DNA of 64,000 nt from Eukaryota sp. GEM-RC1 (Eukaryota): assembly GCA_040285855.1 (NCBI GenBank), contig JAUFOQ010000002.1, positions 1,364,001-1,428,000 of the forward strand, read 5' to 3'. This document shows, piece by piece, positions 1-12,158 of this stretch. A program made the position numbers and the translations under genes. How positions within the stretch are numbered: position 1 is the first letter of the stretch; each line of letters begins with the position of its first letter. The notes beneath the pieces are model-generated. The model was not told where the DNA came from, did no database searches, and saw only the letters and a list, made by a program, of their open reading frames with translations.

Positions 1-160
1 GGTGTATTTCGAATCAAAAAGTTAGTGTTTTTGAGCTGTTTGTGCCCCCGAAAGGAATCAATTTTGATTGGGCATCGTTTAGGGATTGGGCATCATTGCC
101 ACGTCAATCTGATGGCCTTCTTTCCTCTTTGCTGAGCTCTTTTTAGTAGGAGGACCTGGG

Positions 161-2362
161 TTGACTTCAATAATCTTAGATTTTGCTCAGTTCATTGACA
201 AGAATTTCTCTTTTTTAAGACCAGACTCACTTCTATTACATATTGCCAGTTTCTTTGTTAGGAATCTTTCAATGATTAAATTAAGCCAGTTTTATGGTAA
301 CTCTGTTTCTCTTTTCTGTCCACCAGAAAGACTAGCAAATATCTATTCAAGTACTGATTTAAATATTTGTGATTATGTAGATGTTTGTGAGTGTCTTCAG
401 GATTCTGATTTTTTAAATATTCTTCTAATTACTCGTCAATACGAGTTGTTTTATCGGTATTCATGTTGTTTTCCCTCTTCATTAGTTATTATTAATGTGG
501 TCAACAAGTTTTGTGCAAAAATTCCCAATTTTAAATTTGCAGACTTTTTCACTGGCCTAATCAAACACTTATCTTCCCTAAATCGCTTCACTTTTGCTGC
601 TGAATTGTTTGTCAGGATTTCCGTAGACAGGAATTATTGGAATTCTACAATAGACGAACTACTAGAAGTCCTGCTATCAAACCTCGTCAACTCTTATTTC
701 AATCTAGTTTCTGCCAATTGTTTTGATTTTTCTCATGACTTAACGAGACCAGCAAAGAATCTTCTTGAATTTACTGATGCTGAAAAGAAACAATATGAGA
801 TTTTCTATATTTCTGATCTCATTGGTGTATGTCTTTGTAAGTTCCAGTCCAAGTTATACCTAGAGTACATCGTCTCTGGTACTAATTCCAAGCTATCCTA
901 TTTGTCAATTGTTTTGATTAATTCGTGTACTCATAATATTTCTTATTTTTGTAACAAGTATATTACTAATTCAGTTTTCTCCCAGTTTAATTTAAATTCA
1001 CTAAATATTTCAGAATTTAAATCCGTAATTTACAGTTTCATCCGCCTCATCCCCTTCTACTCTTACTGCCCACAGCTCTTCCATGTCTTTGTTTCCCTTA
1101 TGAGCTACATACACGATGACAACTCATCATTTGCTTGTCCATTGTGCACTTGTTGTGCTCCCCAGAAGTTCAGCCATTTAATGAAGAAGATTCAATCTAG
1201 TAATGATGATGTTGACTTTAGTAGTTGTACTTTGGCTTCTAGTATTAAGACTAATTTCTCTGCATTGGAGAGTACTCATTGTAGATTGTTGTTTATGAAA
1301 CACACAAAGTCTTTACGAGATCGATATGCTCCTGCACATCCGTATTTAAAATTTTCCTCAATATTTGGGCGGAAAACTTCTCTTGAATCTCATGATAACG
1401 ATATTGAATTACTTGCCCAACGTTTTTTTACAGCGATACCTCAATTTAAGTCGTTGAGTGCCTGTCAATCAGAGGCAAAATACGATAGTGATTGCGAAAG
1501 CTGTCATAGTGAAAACCTCCGAAGTCAGCCGACATCTCAGACAAAATTGTATCTTAAAAACAGCTTACCTTCTATTAAAGAACTTGCCGCTGCTAAGTCA
1601 AGGAGCTCCCTTAGGGTTTCCTATGATCTCCCATCTCATGAAGAATTTCTTGGTAAACTTGCGTTTGATATCTACCTGAACACTATGCTTAAGTCCAACA
1701 GTGATCCAATGTCATCTACTAGGAAGCTATCAAGAGGGTCAATACTTCGACTAATGGACCAAAAGGGTATAGCAGTGTTGAATACAAGAAGTAGAAAAGA
1801 GCGGGGAGAAGGATTTACTGAGGATTTAACGGTGTTGAGAGAAATTGATCAGTTGGATCGCAATGAATTTGTACACGTTGTTGATTCTCCTAAGAGTGAC
1901 TCTTGTAAACGGACACGGTCTTCTCGAAAATCACAAATTCTTGATTCTAAAAATGAAGAATATTCCATTTCATTTGATTTGGAAACGCGGTCTTCGGAAA
2001 TTAAACAGACAAAAGAATACAACAATCTATCAAATCCAATCACGATCAGTCCTGTAAAGTCAAGACCAATCAAAAAGAAACGTGTACCTCGACCCTCTCC
2101 AAAACTTTCTCCAGAGCCATTGCCTATTCCTGTAAATCGAATATCTTTAAAGTACGTTCCAACTAATGATTCGTCACCAAGTGGATCATCAAGGACACCA
2201 ATCAATCACTCATCAATTTCTCTAAATTGGAAGGAGCCAAAATCAAAAATAATTATATCTCAATCAATTGAAAACGATGATGATGTTTCAGATTTATTAC
2301 AACAAGCAGATGATTGTATTAACTTAGCTACACTCAAGAAAAATCAACTGCAATCGCTCTAA
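161..2362 (+). CDS. Hypothetical protein (733-aa ORF; start uncertain)
   Basis: Long stop-free ORF in AT-rich DNA with a Ser/Pro/Lys-rich C-terminus. No motif recognised. The track start is TTG, so the true 5' end is unclear. Confidence 0.6.
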   Translation: MTSIILDFAQFIDKNFSFLRPDSLLLHIASFFVRNLSMIKLSQFYGNSVSLFCPPERLANIYSSTDLNICDYVDVCECLQDSDFLNILLITRQYELFYRYSCCFPSSLVIINVVNKFCAKIPNFKFADFFTGLIKHLSSLNRFTFAAELFVRISVDRNYWNSTIDELLEVLLSNLVNSYFNLVSANCFDFSHDLTRPAKNLLEFTDAEKKQYEIFYISDLIGVCLCKFQSKLYLEYIVSGTNSKLSYLSIVLINSCTHNISYFCNKYITNSVFSQFNLNSLNISEFKSVIYSFIRLIPFYSYCPQLFHVFVSLMSYIHDDNSSFACPLCTCCAPQKFSHLMKKIQSSNDDVDFSSCTLASSIKTNFSALESTHCRLLFMKHTKSLRDRYAPAHPYLKFSSIFGRKTSLESHDNDIELLAQRFFTAIPQFKSLSACQSEAKYDSDCESCHSENLRSQPTSQTKLYLKNSLPSIKELAAAKSRSSLRVSYDLPSHEEFLGKLAFDIYLNTMLKSNSDPMSSTRKLSRGSILRLMDQKGIAVLNTRSRKERGEGFTEDLTVLREIDQLDRNEFVHVVDSPKSDSCKRTRSSRKSQILDSKNEEYSISFDLETRSSEIKQTKEYNNLSNPITISPVKSRPIKKKRVPRPSPKLSPEPLPIPVNRISLKYVPTNDSSPSGSSRTPINHSSISLNWKEPKSKIIISQSIENDDDVSDLLQQADDCINLATLKKNQLQSL

Positions 2363-2484
2363 AAAGACCTTTCAAACAGAATAAAAAGAATTGTAACAAA
2401 CTAAACTAATTAATAATTGATTAATTAAACATTATAATACAACATGAATAAATTACAAGGGAAGTGCAGAAGATGAAGATTAAG

Positions 2485-2964
2485 TCAACTCTCAGTGTTA
2501 AATTTGGACGATATCTGGGGGAAAACCACTCGCTGACGGGCAGCCTGCGTTCTCAAGCGAACCCGTTCACGTTCTTCCTCTCTACGGGCTTTAGCTTCCT
2601 CCTTGCGTCTGCGGAACTCTTGATCTTTGCGAGCTTCCTCTGTAGCTTTCTCAGCTCGTTCAAGTTCACGATCAATGGAACGAAGAGCTGCTTCAACACG
2701 ACCTTGAGGTACTAGTCTGCCGTTGGCATCCATTATCCCGTTTTTCATGAGTTGGTGTTGAATTTTAGGATTGGAGAAGAACTGCATTGAATGGACATCT
2801 TTCAATGGTTGGTATTCGGGAAGATGATGTTTTGAGAAGGAAAGATCGAAGTTGCGTTCACGTTTTGGAAGAATAGACCGAGATTTTCGAGACTTTTTTT
2901 GTTTTTTCGGCCTGGGACCAGAGGCCAGAGTTTGAGACTGTGAAGTTGGAGTTGAATGAGACAT
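2485..2964 (-). CDS. Small protein with an ERICH3-N/FSIP2-like motif and coiled coil (possible ciliary protein)
   Basis: ATG at 2964 (MSHSTPT). LPEYQPLKDVHSMQFFSNPKIQHQLMKNGIMDANGRLV resembles the Y-x-x-L-x-D-x-H...F...L...G motif of ERICH3/FSIP2 N-termini. An E/R-rich coil follows. Confidence 0.5.
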   Translation of the reverse strand: MSHSTPTSQSQTLASGPRPKKQKKSRKSRSILPKRERNFDLSFSKHHLPEYQPLKDVHSMQFFSNPKIQHQLMKNGIMDANGRLVPQGRVEAALRSIDRELERAEKATEEARKDQEFRRRKEEAKARREEERERVRLRTQAARQRVVFPQISSKFNTES

Positions 2965-3564
2965 TGTCTGATTCTGTAAAAGACACGGAATTGAATCCAA
3001 AATTGGAAAGAAAAACTGCCAAGAAAACATCGTGATGTTCTGTTTCTTACAATGTATCTTGCACTCATCAAATAATGCACCGAATGACGTTGATGGTGCT
3101 TAAGTAAGTACAGTACGTATACTTAGCGGATTGTTTCCTTGAAATCACAAAGCACTAAATGACTTTCAACTTCTTCCCATGTATTTTCTTTGTTGTTTAC
3201 TGTCCAAATCAATTCCCTTTGAAAGATTGTGGTTGAAGCTTGCTCAAAGGTTCAACAGCATGAGGACTTACTGCAACAGCAAATTAGCAATATCTCTGTT
3301 TAACTCAATAAATTAGTTTTTTCGATACCATTTAAGCTAAGCTTTTTGGTAACTACTTATGGGAATTGGGTTCTGTAGTGTGTTTTGTAGTTCGTTTAAA
3401 TATAGGTTCATTCACAGCTGTTTCAAGTTGTAGAATTGACACTGATGTTGTTTGATAGACTATAATGGTAACAGTTGCAACGGTTACAATAGAATTTACA
3501 AGCTAATTCAATAATCGTATAGCCTTAATGGATTTAAGAAGAGTAATTGTTTCACCTCGAACCA

Positions 3565-4035
3565 ATGTTGCCAACATCCATCCAAAACTCAAACCTGTCT
3601 CTCTCTTCTAAAGTCCTTGGCTTTTTGGCTAATAATGGTACGATCTTCATTGAGTTCTGATCTTTAGCCACATTCTTCACAAAAACCCATGAATACGTAA
3701 ATGTTGATGGTGAACAATTCACAATGGGTCTCTCGGATCATGCAGCCAATCTTATGGGTGACATTGTGTACGTAGATCTGCCAGAGATAGGCTCCTCTCT
3801 TCAAGAACAAGACTCTGTTTGTGGAATTGAATCTGTCAAGTCTGCATCAGATGTTTATTGTCCGACTAATGCTACAGTCGTTGATGTAAATAACGCTATT
3901 GTAGATGATCCCTCTCTCATCAACAGTTCTCCTTACGGACAAGGTTGGATAGTAAAGTTAAAAGGAAAACTCAATAAGTCTGAATTGATGACCAAAGAAC
4001 AGTATGAATCTTTTAAGGCGAAATCGAGTCACTAG
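3565..4035 (+). CDS. GCSH: Glycine cleavage system H protein; exons 3565-3637 and 3668-4035
   Basis: Lipoyl-lysine motif IESVKSASDVY plus INSSPYGQGWI. Removing the 30-nt GT..AG intron 3638-3667 (which has an in-frame TGA) gives MLPTSIQNSNLSLSSKVLGFLANNATFFTKTHEYVNV. Confidence 0.93.
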
Positions 4036-4039
4036 TTAT

Positions 4040-4501
4040 CTATTGTTCATTGTCCAATGTTCGGATGATGTCTGTAAGTTTTTTGTTCAATACAATTAGT
4101 TCATCTATTTTGTGTCCGTTTTCCTGGATGTTGGTAGAAATACTATCATATCCTTGATCCAATTCCGTAACTTGCGGTTCTGCTTTGAGAGTGTGTTGGA
4201 TCCACTGATTTGAACCGAATTCATAGAGACTTTCTAATTGGGAAAGTGAACTAACATCCTGTGATAGGAGACTTATTTGATTAATTACATGCGAAACAGT
4301 GTCCCCATCAAAGTCTTTTGATTGTCGCAGATATCTTGAAACAGCAAGAACGACATTTGCAATTTCTGAATCGGTGATGTTGGATAGAGTTGAGTGAATT
4401 GACGAAATTTGAGTAGCCACGTCCTGTGTCACTCTGTGATCAGCAGAAAGTCCAAGAGACTGAATAACTGTGAGAAGTCGTGATACAATTGAAGATTCCA
4501 T
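4040..4501 (-). CDS. Hypothetical helical protein
   Basis: ATG-started 153-aa ORF, convergent with GCSH (4-nt gap). Confidence 0.6.
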   Translation of the reverse strand: MESSIVSRLLTVIQSLGLSADHRVTQDVATQISSIHSTLSNITDSEIANVVLAVSRYLRQSKDFDGDTVSHVINQISLLSQDVSSLSQLESLYEFGSNQWIQHTLKAEPQVTELDQGYDSISTNIQENGHKIDELIVLNKKLTDIIRTLDNEQ

Positions 4502-4921
4502 TTGTTACAAGTTTTCCTGTTTTGACCAATTTTGTGCTTTATTAATTCTCTCCTGTATTTTGAAGAAAAAAGATCACAAACAACCACTAAAACAGTTCAC
4601 CTTACACTGATTTTCAACACATAATATGTCACGTATATGAAAACTTATTACATCTGAAGGCTAATTGTATTGGAGTAAACAATGCAAAGTAAGGAGGTCC
4701 GATATTGACAAAGTATCGATACAAAAACCCTCCATGTAATCAAAAACGTGTTAAAGCAAACCAGAATTGTTTCAGTAATTAACTGTGGTTACATAATCTA
4801 GATCAGAAGATGTAACATTGTCTATTAAATACAGTTTGTTAACAGTCAGTGTTTAATAGTTCTACACTCAGACTTGAGGAAGAGGAAGAAAATTCTTTTC
4901 CCCTCTCATCAAAACAATATC

Positions 4922-5228
4922 ATGGCTGGTCCCGTTCGTAAAAAGGTATGCTTTTGCAGCACATTTCTCAACCTAGTGGTCTAAAGGTCGCGTTCGCGAT
5001 AAGGTGAACAACAACATCTTCCTCACCAACGAACTCCGTAGCAAGTTAATGAAGGAAATCCCTACCCGAAAGGTCATCACTCCTTTCACCGTTTCAGAAT
5101 CCCTTAAGGTCACCGCCACCGTTGCCAAGAACGTTCTGAAGCAGTTGGCTGCTGAAGGTTCTATCAAAGCCGTTTCCATCCACAGTACCCTCCCGATTTA
5201 CACTCGCTCAGTCGAAGAAACTGCATAA
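4922..5228 (+). CDS. RPS25: 40S ribosomal protein eS25; exons 4922-4945 and 4977-5228
   Basis: After removing the 31-nt intron 4946-4976 (GTATG...CCTAG): MAGPVRKK|WSKGRVRDKVNNNIFL...KVITPFTVSESLKV...IYTR, the typical eS25 signature. Confidence 0.95.
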
Positions 5229-5536
5229 ATCTCTAGTTTAGCCACTTTTTCCACCATTCACGATAAACAGTAATATAACTTGTTCCCGAAACGACACTAT
5301 ACAGACTGTCTTTGAATACTGATAAGTTCAGCTACACATGTGTCTATATTTGATTGAGTAACAGCTGTTCTTGATAGTCTCACAATCTTCGTAGAGGACC
5401 TGTAAAAACGACAATCGGAGATCATGACGCATATTGAGGTATTCTACATTGTATTTGACCTAATTCCAGCATAAAGAATACATTCTATTGTTTTTTTAAT
5501 CAAACCTCTGATCATTAACAATAGCTACTGTAGTAG

Positions 5537-5620
5537 TATTCTAATTTACCTAATACTAGACCCAAAAAAATCCCTTACTAGCCTATCTCTTCCTGGCTTG
5601 TGGTAAGGGCTAGTAATGGA
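5537..5620. mobile_element. Degenerate partial copy of the small TA-flanked MITE at 35345
   Basis: tattctaatttacctaatact...cccttactagcctat...cctgg aligns by eye with the reverse complement of 35400-35458. Confidence 0.5.
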
Positions 5621-6272
5621 AGTTAATTACTAAATACACCAATACAATTATCCGTAAATGATGTTGTCAAAACAATTTAAAAATACTTAATAAGACTAAC
5701 AAACCTGTTTTAGTTGGTGTAATTGATTTCGTCATCCCGTCCCAATAGTGCCACTGGTCCTTTTGGTTGCAGTTTTGATTATTTCAAAAATTTCCGTTAA
5801 TAACGTTCCTGGATTTTGTGAAGACCTTGCTGGTTTCTTTAATGAAGTATTATTTGGAACAAAGGAACTACCTCCTGCTCGTTGCTCTTCTAGATCCGTG
5901 GCTTTAAATACCAAATATTAATCCCTTTCTCGCCCTTTTTCAACATTGTATTTTAGGAGAATTAAAGATTCTTCTGTAGAATTTTTAGACCTTTTCAATT
6001 TGCATTATAACACTTGTGCTGCTTAATCATCTGATTTTCCGAATCTCAAGTAGGAGAATTAAATCAGATTACCTATTCAGTTTCTGTTCCATCCTTTTGT
6101 TGTTTCTCTTTTTGGATGGTTTTGTCCTGCAGGTGAACAATTGTTCAAGGAATTTGATGAACATTAAAAGGAAAAGAAGCTTAAGTGTAGAATGTCTGAA
6201 TGGAGAAACAGTAGCGTGTTTTCCTATAATCGGAATATACCTGTATTTGTGTCGAATACATGTAGTTGAGAG

Positions 6273-7262
6273 CAGTGATGCGAAAAAATTAATTTAATTA
6301 TAATTAATTGAATTAATTCCCTGAGAATTAATTAATTCTAGCCGCTTAGCATTAGAATTAATTAATTGTTACACCTTAGAATTATAATTAATTAACGGCA
6401 ATTACTAGAATTAATTTTATAGTTCCCGTTTCTTCACCTTATGTCGTCTTCTCCAACTCTCAAAGAGATAGCCTTGTTCTTTTTTACCTTTGTTGAACCA
6501 CAACCCGATTGAAGTGAAACAACATCTGTCTGACCGAATGGAAACAGAAATGATTGATGAAATGACTTCAAAATTTGACCAGCTGAACTCAATTACAAAG
6601 AAGTTACAAGTTTCAGAAGTTCCTCTACACAAGGCCAAGAGAATGTTTGACGTTCTACATGAGGAATATCCAGCTATGCGATCTTACACATGTTATAGCC
6701 CGGCATCACCAATCGTTGAGTCCCCCGACTTTGAAAATGGAGTAATCAAGATACTTGAAGGATATGAGAGAGAACTCACTGATGCAGAAAAAACACTGCT
6801 TTGGAATGCTTAGACTTATCATTTATTCCATCAACTTCTAACCAGGTGGAAAGACTATTCAGTCGTGCAAAATAAACTCTTGGTATCTCTTCTTATTTAT
6901 CTAATTATAGGGCAACTGAGAGGACGTTTACAATCAAAAACGTTAGAGAAACAATTGTTTCTTTTATACAACACTGATTCTTGGAACTTGGATTTAGTCA
7001 AATCAACTGTGAGTAAGAACCCTCATCAGACAACAGGATTAAATTCGGCCGAGCTTGTTATAGATGTCGATTCAGAATGATAGTACTGCATGTTGATTTT
7101 TGTCGTATGGTAATAAAGAATTAATTGTAATTAATTGCAATTAATTAATTGTTGGTCTGTAGAATTATAATTAATTAATTGTTGGCGTGTAGAATTAAAA
7201 TTAATTAATTGTTGGCCTGTAGAATTAATAATTTAATTTAAATTAATTTTTTCGCATCACTG
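6273..7262 (+). mobile_element. Non-autonomous hAT element (990 bp) with transposase remnants
   Basis: TIR CAGTGATGCGAAAAAATTAATTTA at both ends. Perfect 8-bp TSD GTTGAGAG (6265-6272, 7263-7270). TAATT-rich subterminal repeats. Broken internal ORFs 6490-7080. Confidence 0.92.
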
Positions 7263-7397
7263 GTTGAGAGACTTTTTAAATTTGTAAATGTGGAAAAACG
7301 TAATCTCTTACCGGATAGGGATGTAGTCGTTTGTTGGTTTGTACAAATTCACATCTTTGTAGAAAGGTTTCTGTGCCTTTTTGGGTACCGAATAAAG

Positions 7398-8025
7398 CAT
7401 AGTTGCGAATCACAAATTTTTGTGATGGGATTTTGTGATGTGATTGTTGTGACATGTAATTTTTTAGATTTTACACTACCGTGTGTTTAATACTATCATA
7501 AACAATGTTAAGTAGAAGAATTCGGTTCACCAACTTGTGAGACAGAAGTAACTTTGACATCGGAACTGAAGAAGCAATTAACGTCTGTTTTTCTTTTTTA
7601 AAAATAAACGTCTTATTATTCCCATCTATCTTAGACTCCACGGAAGAACATAACTAGCTTACATCCGCAAACTTCCTTGAGGAACTTCCTTTGGAATACG
7701 ATTATAGAGTTACGAAATCTAATAGCCCATTTGGAAAGTCATCAAAGTGAAGCACTCTGATTTTATTAGTCGAAGGTCGGATTTGAAATGTTGTCGGACC
7801 TTACTACAAAAAACCGCAAAGTTCTTCCACACTAAGCGTAAAAACAAGACACTTACTTCAGTTGTTACACTTTATTAACTGTCCAGAATAAATTTTGTTC
7901 CATCATTGTGATGTTGTGATGTTAAATCATAAATATCACAAAAATATTGCTTATGATGTGATGTTGTGATGTGATTGTTGTGACTCACAATATCACAAGG
8001 TCAAATTTTGTGATTCGCAACTATG
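7398..8025. mobile_element. hAT-type MITE family A, copy 1 (628 bp)
   Basis: TIR CATAGTTGCGAATCACAAA. Perfect 8-bp TSD GAATAAAG (7390-7397, 8026-8033). TGTGAT subterminal repeats. Second copy at 16557. Confidence 0.92.
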
Positions 8026-8211
8026 GAATAAAGTAGTATGTTTTAATAAGTGATAAGTAATCAAAATTACGAAAACTAAAAAACATCGAATAACAACAGC
8101 GTCTTGTTTCAATCTGGTACGTGTGTGAAAATATTTAGCACTACAGAATTGTTTTTTTCTTTGCACGAAGTGGAGGCTCAGTATTTGTGTTGTACGATTA
8201 TATTTGCTCAA

Positions 8212-9038
8212 ATGCTGAACATCCCTGAGTTTGCTGGCTTTGAATTTCAACGACTTTCTGGTGGATGTATAAATGATGTGTATAGAGTTTGGTCCTCCAC
8301 CAAAAGTTATGTATTAAAGGTCGGTAGTCGGTCTTCTACCATGTTTGAAACAGAAGCAGCAGGACTCAAGCTGTTATCTCCCCATCTGTCTGTTCCTAAT
8401 GTCATCAAGTACGGTGAATTCGAGAATCAATCGTTTATCATTCTTCAGGATTTGGGTAATGGCCACCGAAAAGGAAACAAAAATGCAATGTCTTCCTTAG
8501 GTACAGAACTAGCCAAATTACACTTGAATGCCAAAGCTCAAGACTTTGGGTTAGATCACGATAATTGGATCGGGAGTCTCCCTCAAAGGAATACTTGGTG
8601 TACCTCTTGGCCTGTCTTTTTTGAGAATTATCGCATTAGACCATTGGTTCAGTCCGCGTTTGAAGCAAATAAGTTGACTAGTAGCGATCTGGAACTTTTG
8701 ACAGTCTCTATGAGCTTCTTCCGGAATTGTTTCCCTATGAAACTCCATCACTGCTTCACGGTGATTTATGGGCTGGGAATGTTCATGACTCCTATTTTAT
8801 AGACCCAGCTGTGTATTTCGGATTTAGAGAAATGGATATTGCTATGACACAGCTCTTTGGTGGCTTTAATAGAAGTTTCTATGAAGCCTACTCAGATGTT
8901 TTTCCCTTAACTGAAGGTTGGGAAGACCGAGTTGATCTGTGTAACTTGTACCCCAACCTAGTTCATCTTGAATTGTTTGGTAAAAGTTATTTATCGTCCG
9001 TTAGGAATACAGTGAAGCATTACATAAACAAATTTTAA
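8212..9038 (+). CDS. Fructosamine/ketosamine-3-kinase family protein (one frameshift near 8696)
   Basis: Motifs SGGCIN, FETEAAGL, FGLDHDNWIGSLPQRN, PSLLHGDLWAGN, DPAVYFGFREMDIAM. Adding one T to the T4 run near 8696 joins the two ORFs (ELFDSLYELLPELFPYET). Confidence 0.9.
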
Positions 9039-9269
9039 CGTTGTGTTAAGGTAATTTAACCTTTAAGTTTTAAAGTCAAAAGGTAATGTTGAATGAATAT
9101 TCATTAGAATTGCACTATCTTCACATTCATGTTGACAAACAGAAGTTTATTGTAGACATTGTCTAGAACTACTATTTAAGTTCTTGTACCTGAATTCATG
9201 TACGTGTTCATGTATAAGAAAAACACAATAACAATATACTAATGTAGTAATATATATTATAAGAGTTTC

Positions 9270-9619
9270 CCCTACTTGTTTGCTTAAATGTTCAATTTGT
9301 GTGTGCGATAACCGTTCTACAGCACATTGGTAGCTGCAAGAAATTTTTGCAATGTCAATCGGTTTTACATAATGCTATTCGTGATGTCACTTATGACATG
9401 TTCAAATCCAACAATTACAGTTGTAAAATTGAACCTCTTTTGAAACATAGAAGTAGCAATGAAGATATTATTGCTCCTTTCCTGAATTCATCTCAAGTTG
9501 TTGATTTTACTACAATTGATCCGTTTACAAAAGTCTACATGGACTCAATTTTGAACGATTGTAGAGGACATTTTGAAAAGACTGAGTATCGTAATCTTTC
9601 TAATTATGCTGATACTTTG
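9270..9619 (+). pseudogene. Decayed 3' remnant of an RLE-type non-LTR retrotransposon
   Basis: Cys/His knuckle remnant, then HNAIRD...KIEPLL...VVDFTT. Paralogous to the remnants at 11, 27 and 54 kb. Confidence 0.65.
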
Positions 9620-10511
9620 GAAAAAACGGGGTTTATGATCAATCAGTGAAATCAATGCTTTTGCAGAAATTATTAACTAACAGCAGTGATCGCCAAATAT
9701 AAACCCGTAAATACTATTAGTAACAGAATACTGAAAAGTTACAGACTGTAACTTTTCAGACAACTCCGTAAATAATTTCCGCACTTTACGGAACGATATA
9801 CAATGTACTAGTATTTTTCGGCAACAATATTATTTACCGCAAATAATTGCAATACGAAACCGTATTTCCTTTTGGATTTCCACATATCTACAACAAGAAT
9901 TGTTATCAAACTGTTCGTTTGTTTGGAGTGAAAACCATAGTAAAAAATCATATTTATTTCTAACACCACAATCCTCTTATTTTTGTTTTGTCAAGAATTA
10001 GAACATCATATTCAACAATCATTTTCTGATGTTCTTCAGATTCAAAACTTTGATAGTCAACGAAATGATCAGTTTTGGCATGATAAAGAAGATCGGTGTA
10101 TTCCTTACCCTTCTTAATCCAAGCGAAAATAATGGGTTGACAGTACTTACACTTGTTGCAGTCAGAAGAGATTAGAGAATGGTACCTGGGAGAATGTAGT
10201 GGGTCTTCCAGCTTCGTGAAGAAGTTTTTGATACGCATCGTCCTGGCATTGTCTACGGAAAAATCACATTTTTTACGAAAGTGTTTTACCGTAAATAATT
10301 TCCGTATTTTACGAAAAACTCCGTTTTACGGAAAGCAATAGTTGGTACCGTGCCGTATTTATGACTATTCCATAAATACACTATTGTTATTTGACGGTTT
10401 GACGATCACTGACTAAAAGAAACTAACTAAAGTATTTAAACTATCATCCTTCTGTCCATCACCAAACAACTTACATAAGTTGAAACAATATATCTGGGCA
10501 TTGAACGAATC
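9620..10511 (-). repeat. 157-bp-family TIR-less repeat, split by the hAT insertion 9684-10411
   Basis: 9620-9683 plus 10420-10511 match the reverse complement of 17077-17233. Confidence 0.8.
9684..10411 (-). mobile_element. Non-autonomous hAT element family B, copy 1, with BED-finger remnant
   Basis: TIRs CAGTGATCGCCAAA / TTTGACGATCACTG. TSD ACTAACAG/ACTAAAAG (7/8 match). Minus-strand CKYC...H...H remnant. CCGTA subterminal repeats. Confidence 0.85.
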
Positions 10512-10899
10512 AACACAAACGTTAACCTTCTCAATGATACTCAAAGATAGTTTGAAGAAGCATCCCTAAGTATCTCAGTTCCATATATTCCAAGTTGTAC
10601 AGAGACAGTTCTCGTGCTGATGTGGAGAAAATTAATATTCTTACATTTCTGAATTAGTTTGTATTAGCCTATTGTTACAACTAAAGTATATTATGTTACG
10701 ATAGAATTACCGAGCGATGTCAACACACATTATATCTGTATTTGTATATTAATCCATATGTTCACTGGGTGAACTACAACCCTGGGTTTTACCTACTATT
10801 CTTTTTTAAATCACTGCTTAGTAAATCAATCATCTCCATGGCGAAATAAGAAATCTTTCTCCTGAGTTAGGATCATCTTGCTTTCCTACTGATATCAAA

Positions 10900-11841
10900 G
10901 AAATTCCATTTCGAAACATTTTGACATAAAAATTCGCTTTAAAGAAGCTCGAAACTCATATATTAGAATGTTTTAAAAGTTTAGTTTTTACAGTTCGTCT
11001 TAGCTCGGTTAAGGAAAACAATCCAGCTTTCGCTAATTTTTAAATTGATTTAAACGAGAGTTCTGCTGTGGCATTAATTAATCAAATTCCACAAGTCTAT
11101 GGTTTATTATTTAATAATCATCAATGGACCAGTACGATGCGACTTCGGTGCTATTTATGGCCATATAATTTGCCAAATGATCTTCAGTGTAGCTGTTGAA
11201 AGCAGTTTCTCATTTGTTAAGTTGTAACCGCTACATAACTTATCGAACGTGTATGCATGATGCTGTAATAAACCAAATACAAGCTATGTATAAGTCTTAC
11301 AAAATTGAATCATTTGTTGAACCACTTCTAAAATTTTTAGAACCAAAGAATAATTTTAATGACGAAAAATAGAAAACATATTTTGGTAAACGAAGAGCAG
11401 ATGTTGCTGTCCCTTCCTCTTTAGAGAAATTGTTTGTTGTCGATGTGGTTTCAGTGGATGTACATCTTTAAAGAATACTTACTCTGAAACTTCCCCTTTA
11501 GTTTCTGAACAAGCCAAGCAGGATAAGTACAAGAAACCATTGATGGCTCTAAAACATGTAAAACTTGTTGAACACGAATCATGCACTTTGCTGGCCCAAT
11601 CTATGATCGCTTAGGAAAATGTACTTTGAATTTTTTTAACGGTTTCGGAAAAACCGTAAAAAATAGTATGCACAAACATTTTGATCATATGGTATGGTTG
11701 AATCGGATCGTTTTTACTGTTTTTACAACCATTCCCCTAATCATCTCCAAAGCTTTATTAGTTGTAAATTCCTTTTATGAGGACAAAGCTGTGGTAAGAT
11801 TTATTAGTGATGGGTGTTGTTTGAATGATGTCAAATTTTAG
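10900..11841 (+). pseudogene. Decayed RLE-type non-LTR retrotransposon 3' portion
   Basis: Broken frames encode Cys/His knuckle, HDAV, FVEPLL, FGKRRADVAVP, VVDVVSVDV and EQAKQDKY, a restriction-like endonuclease arrangement. Closely similar to 54200-54860. Confidence 0.7.
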
Positions 11842-12158
11842 TTGTATAGTCTATTACATTTACAATAAATTTACATAAATAGAATTAAAAATGTTTAGTA
11901 ATAAGCAATTTCGTTCTTGCAATATTGCAGCTCTACAAGATTCATTTAATATGGGCATTCAAAGACAGCATATCTCAAACAATAAAGCGACAATTGACAA
12001 AGGAGGTATAATTTAGAGTATAAGAGTAAACTGTACAGCATAATTTCTATTTTACACAGCAAATACTTTGAGCTTATAACAACAGATCTAATCAAATCAC
12101 TTGGTTGAAATGGGGTACATCACCTAGTTCAATAATGCAAACCAAACAATCTTTCAAC

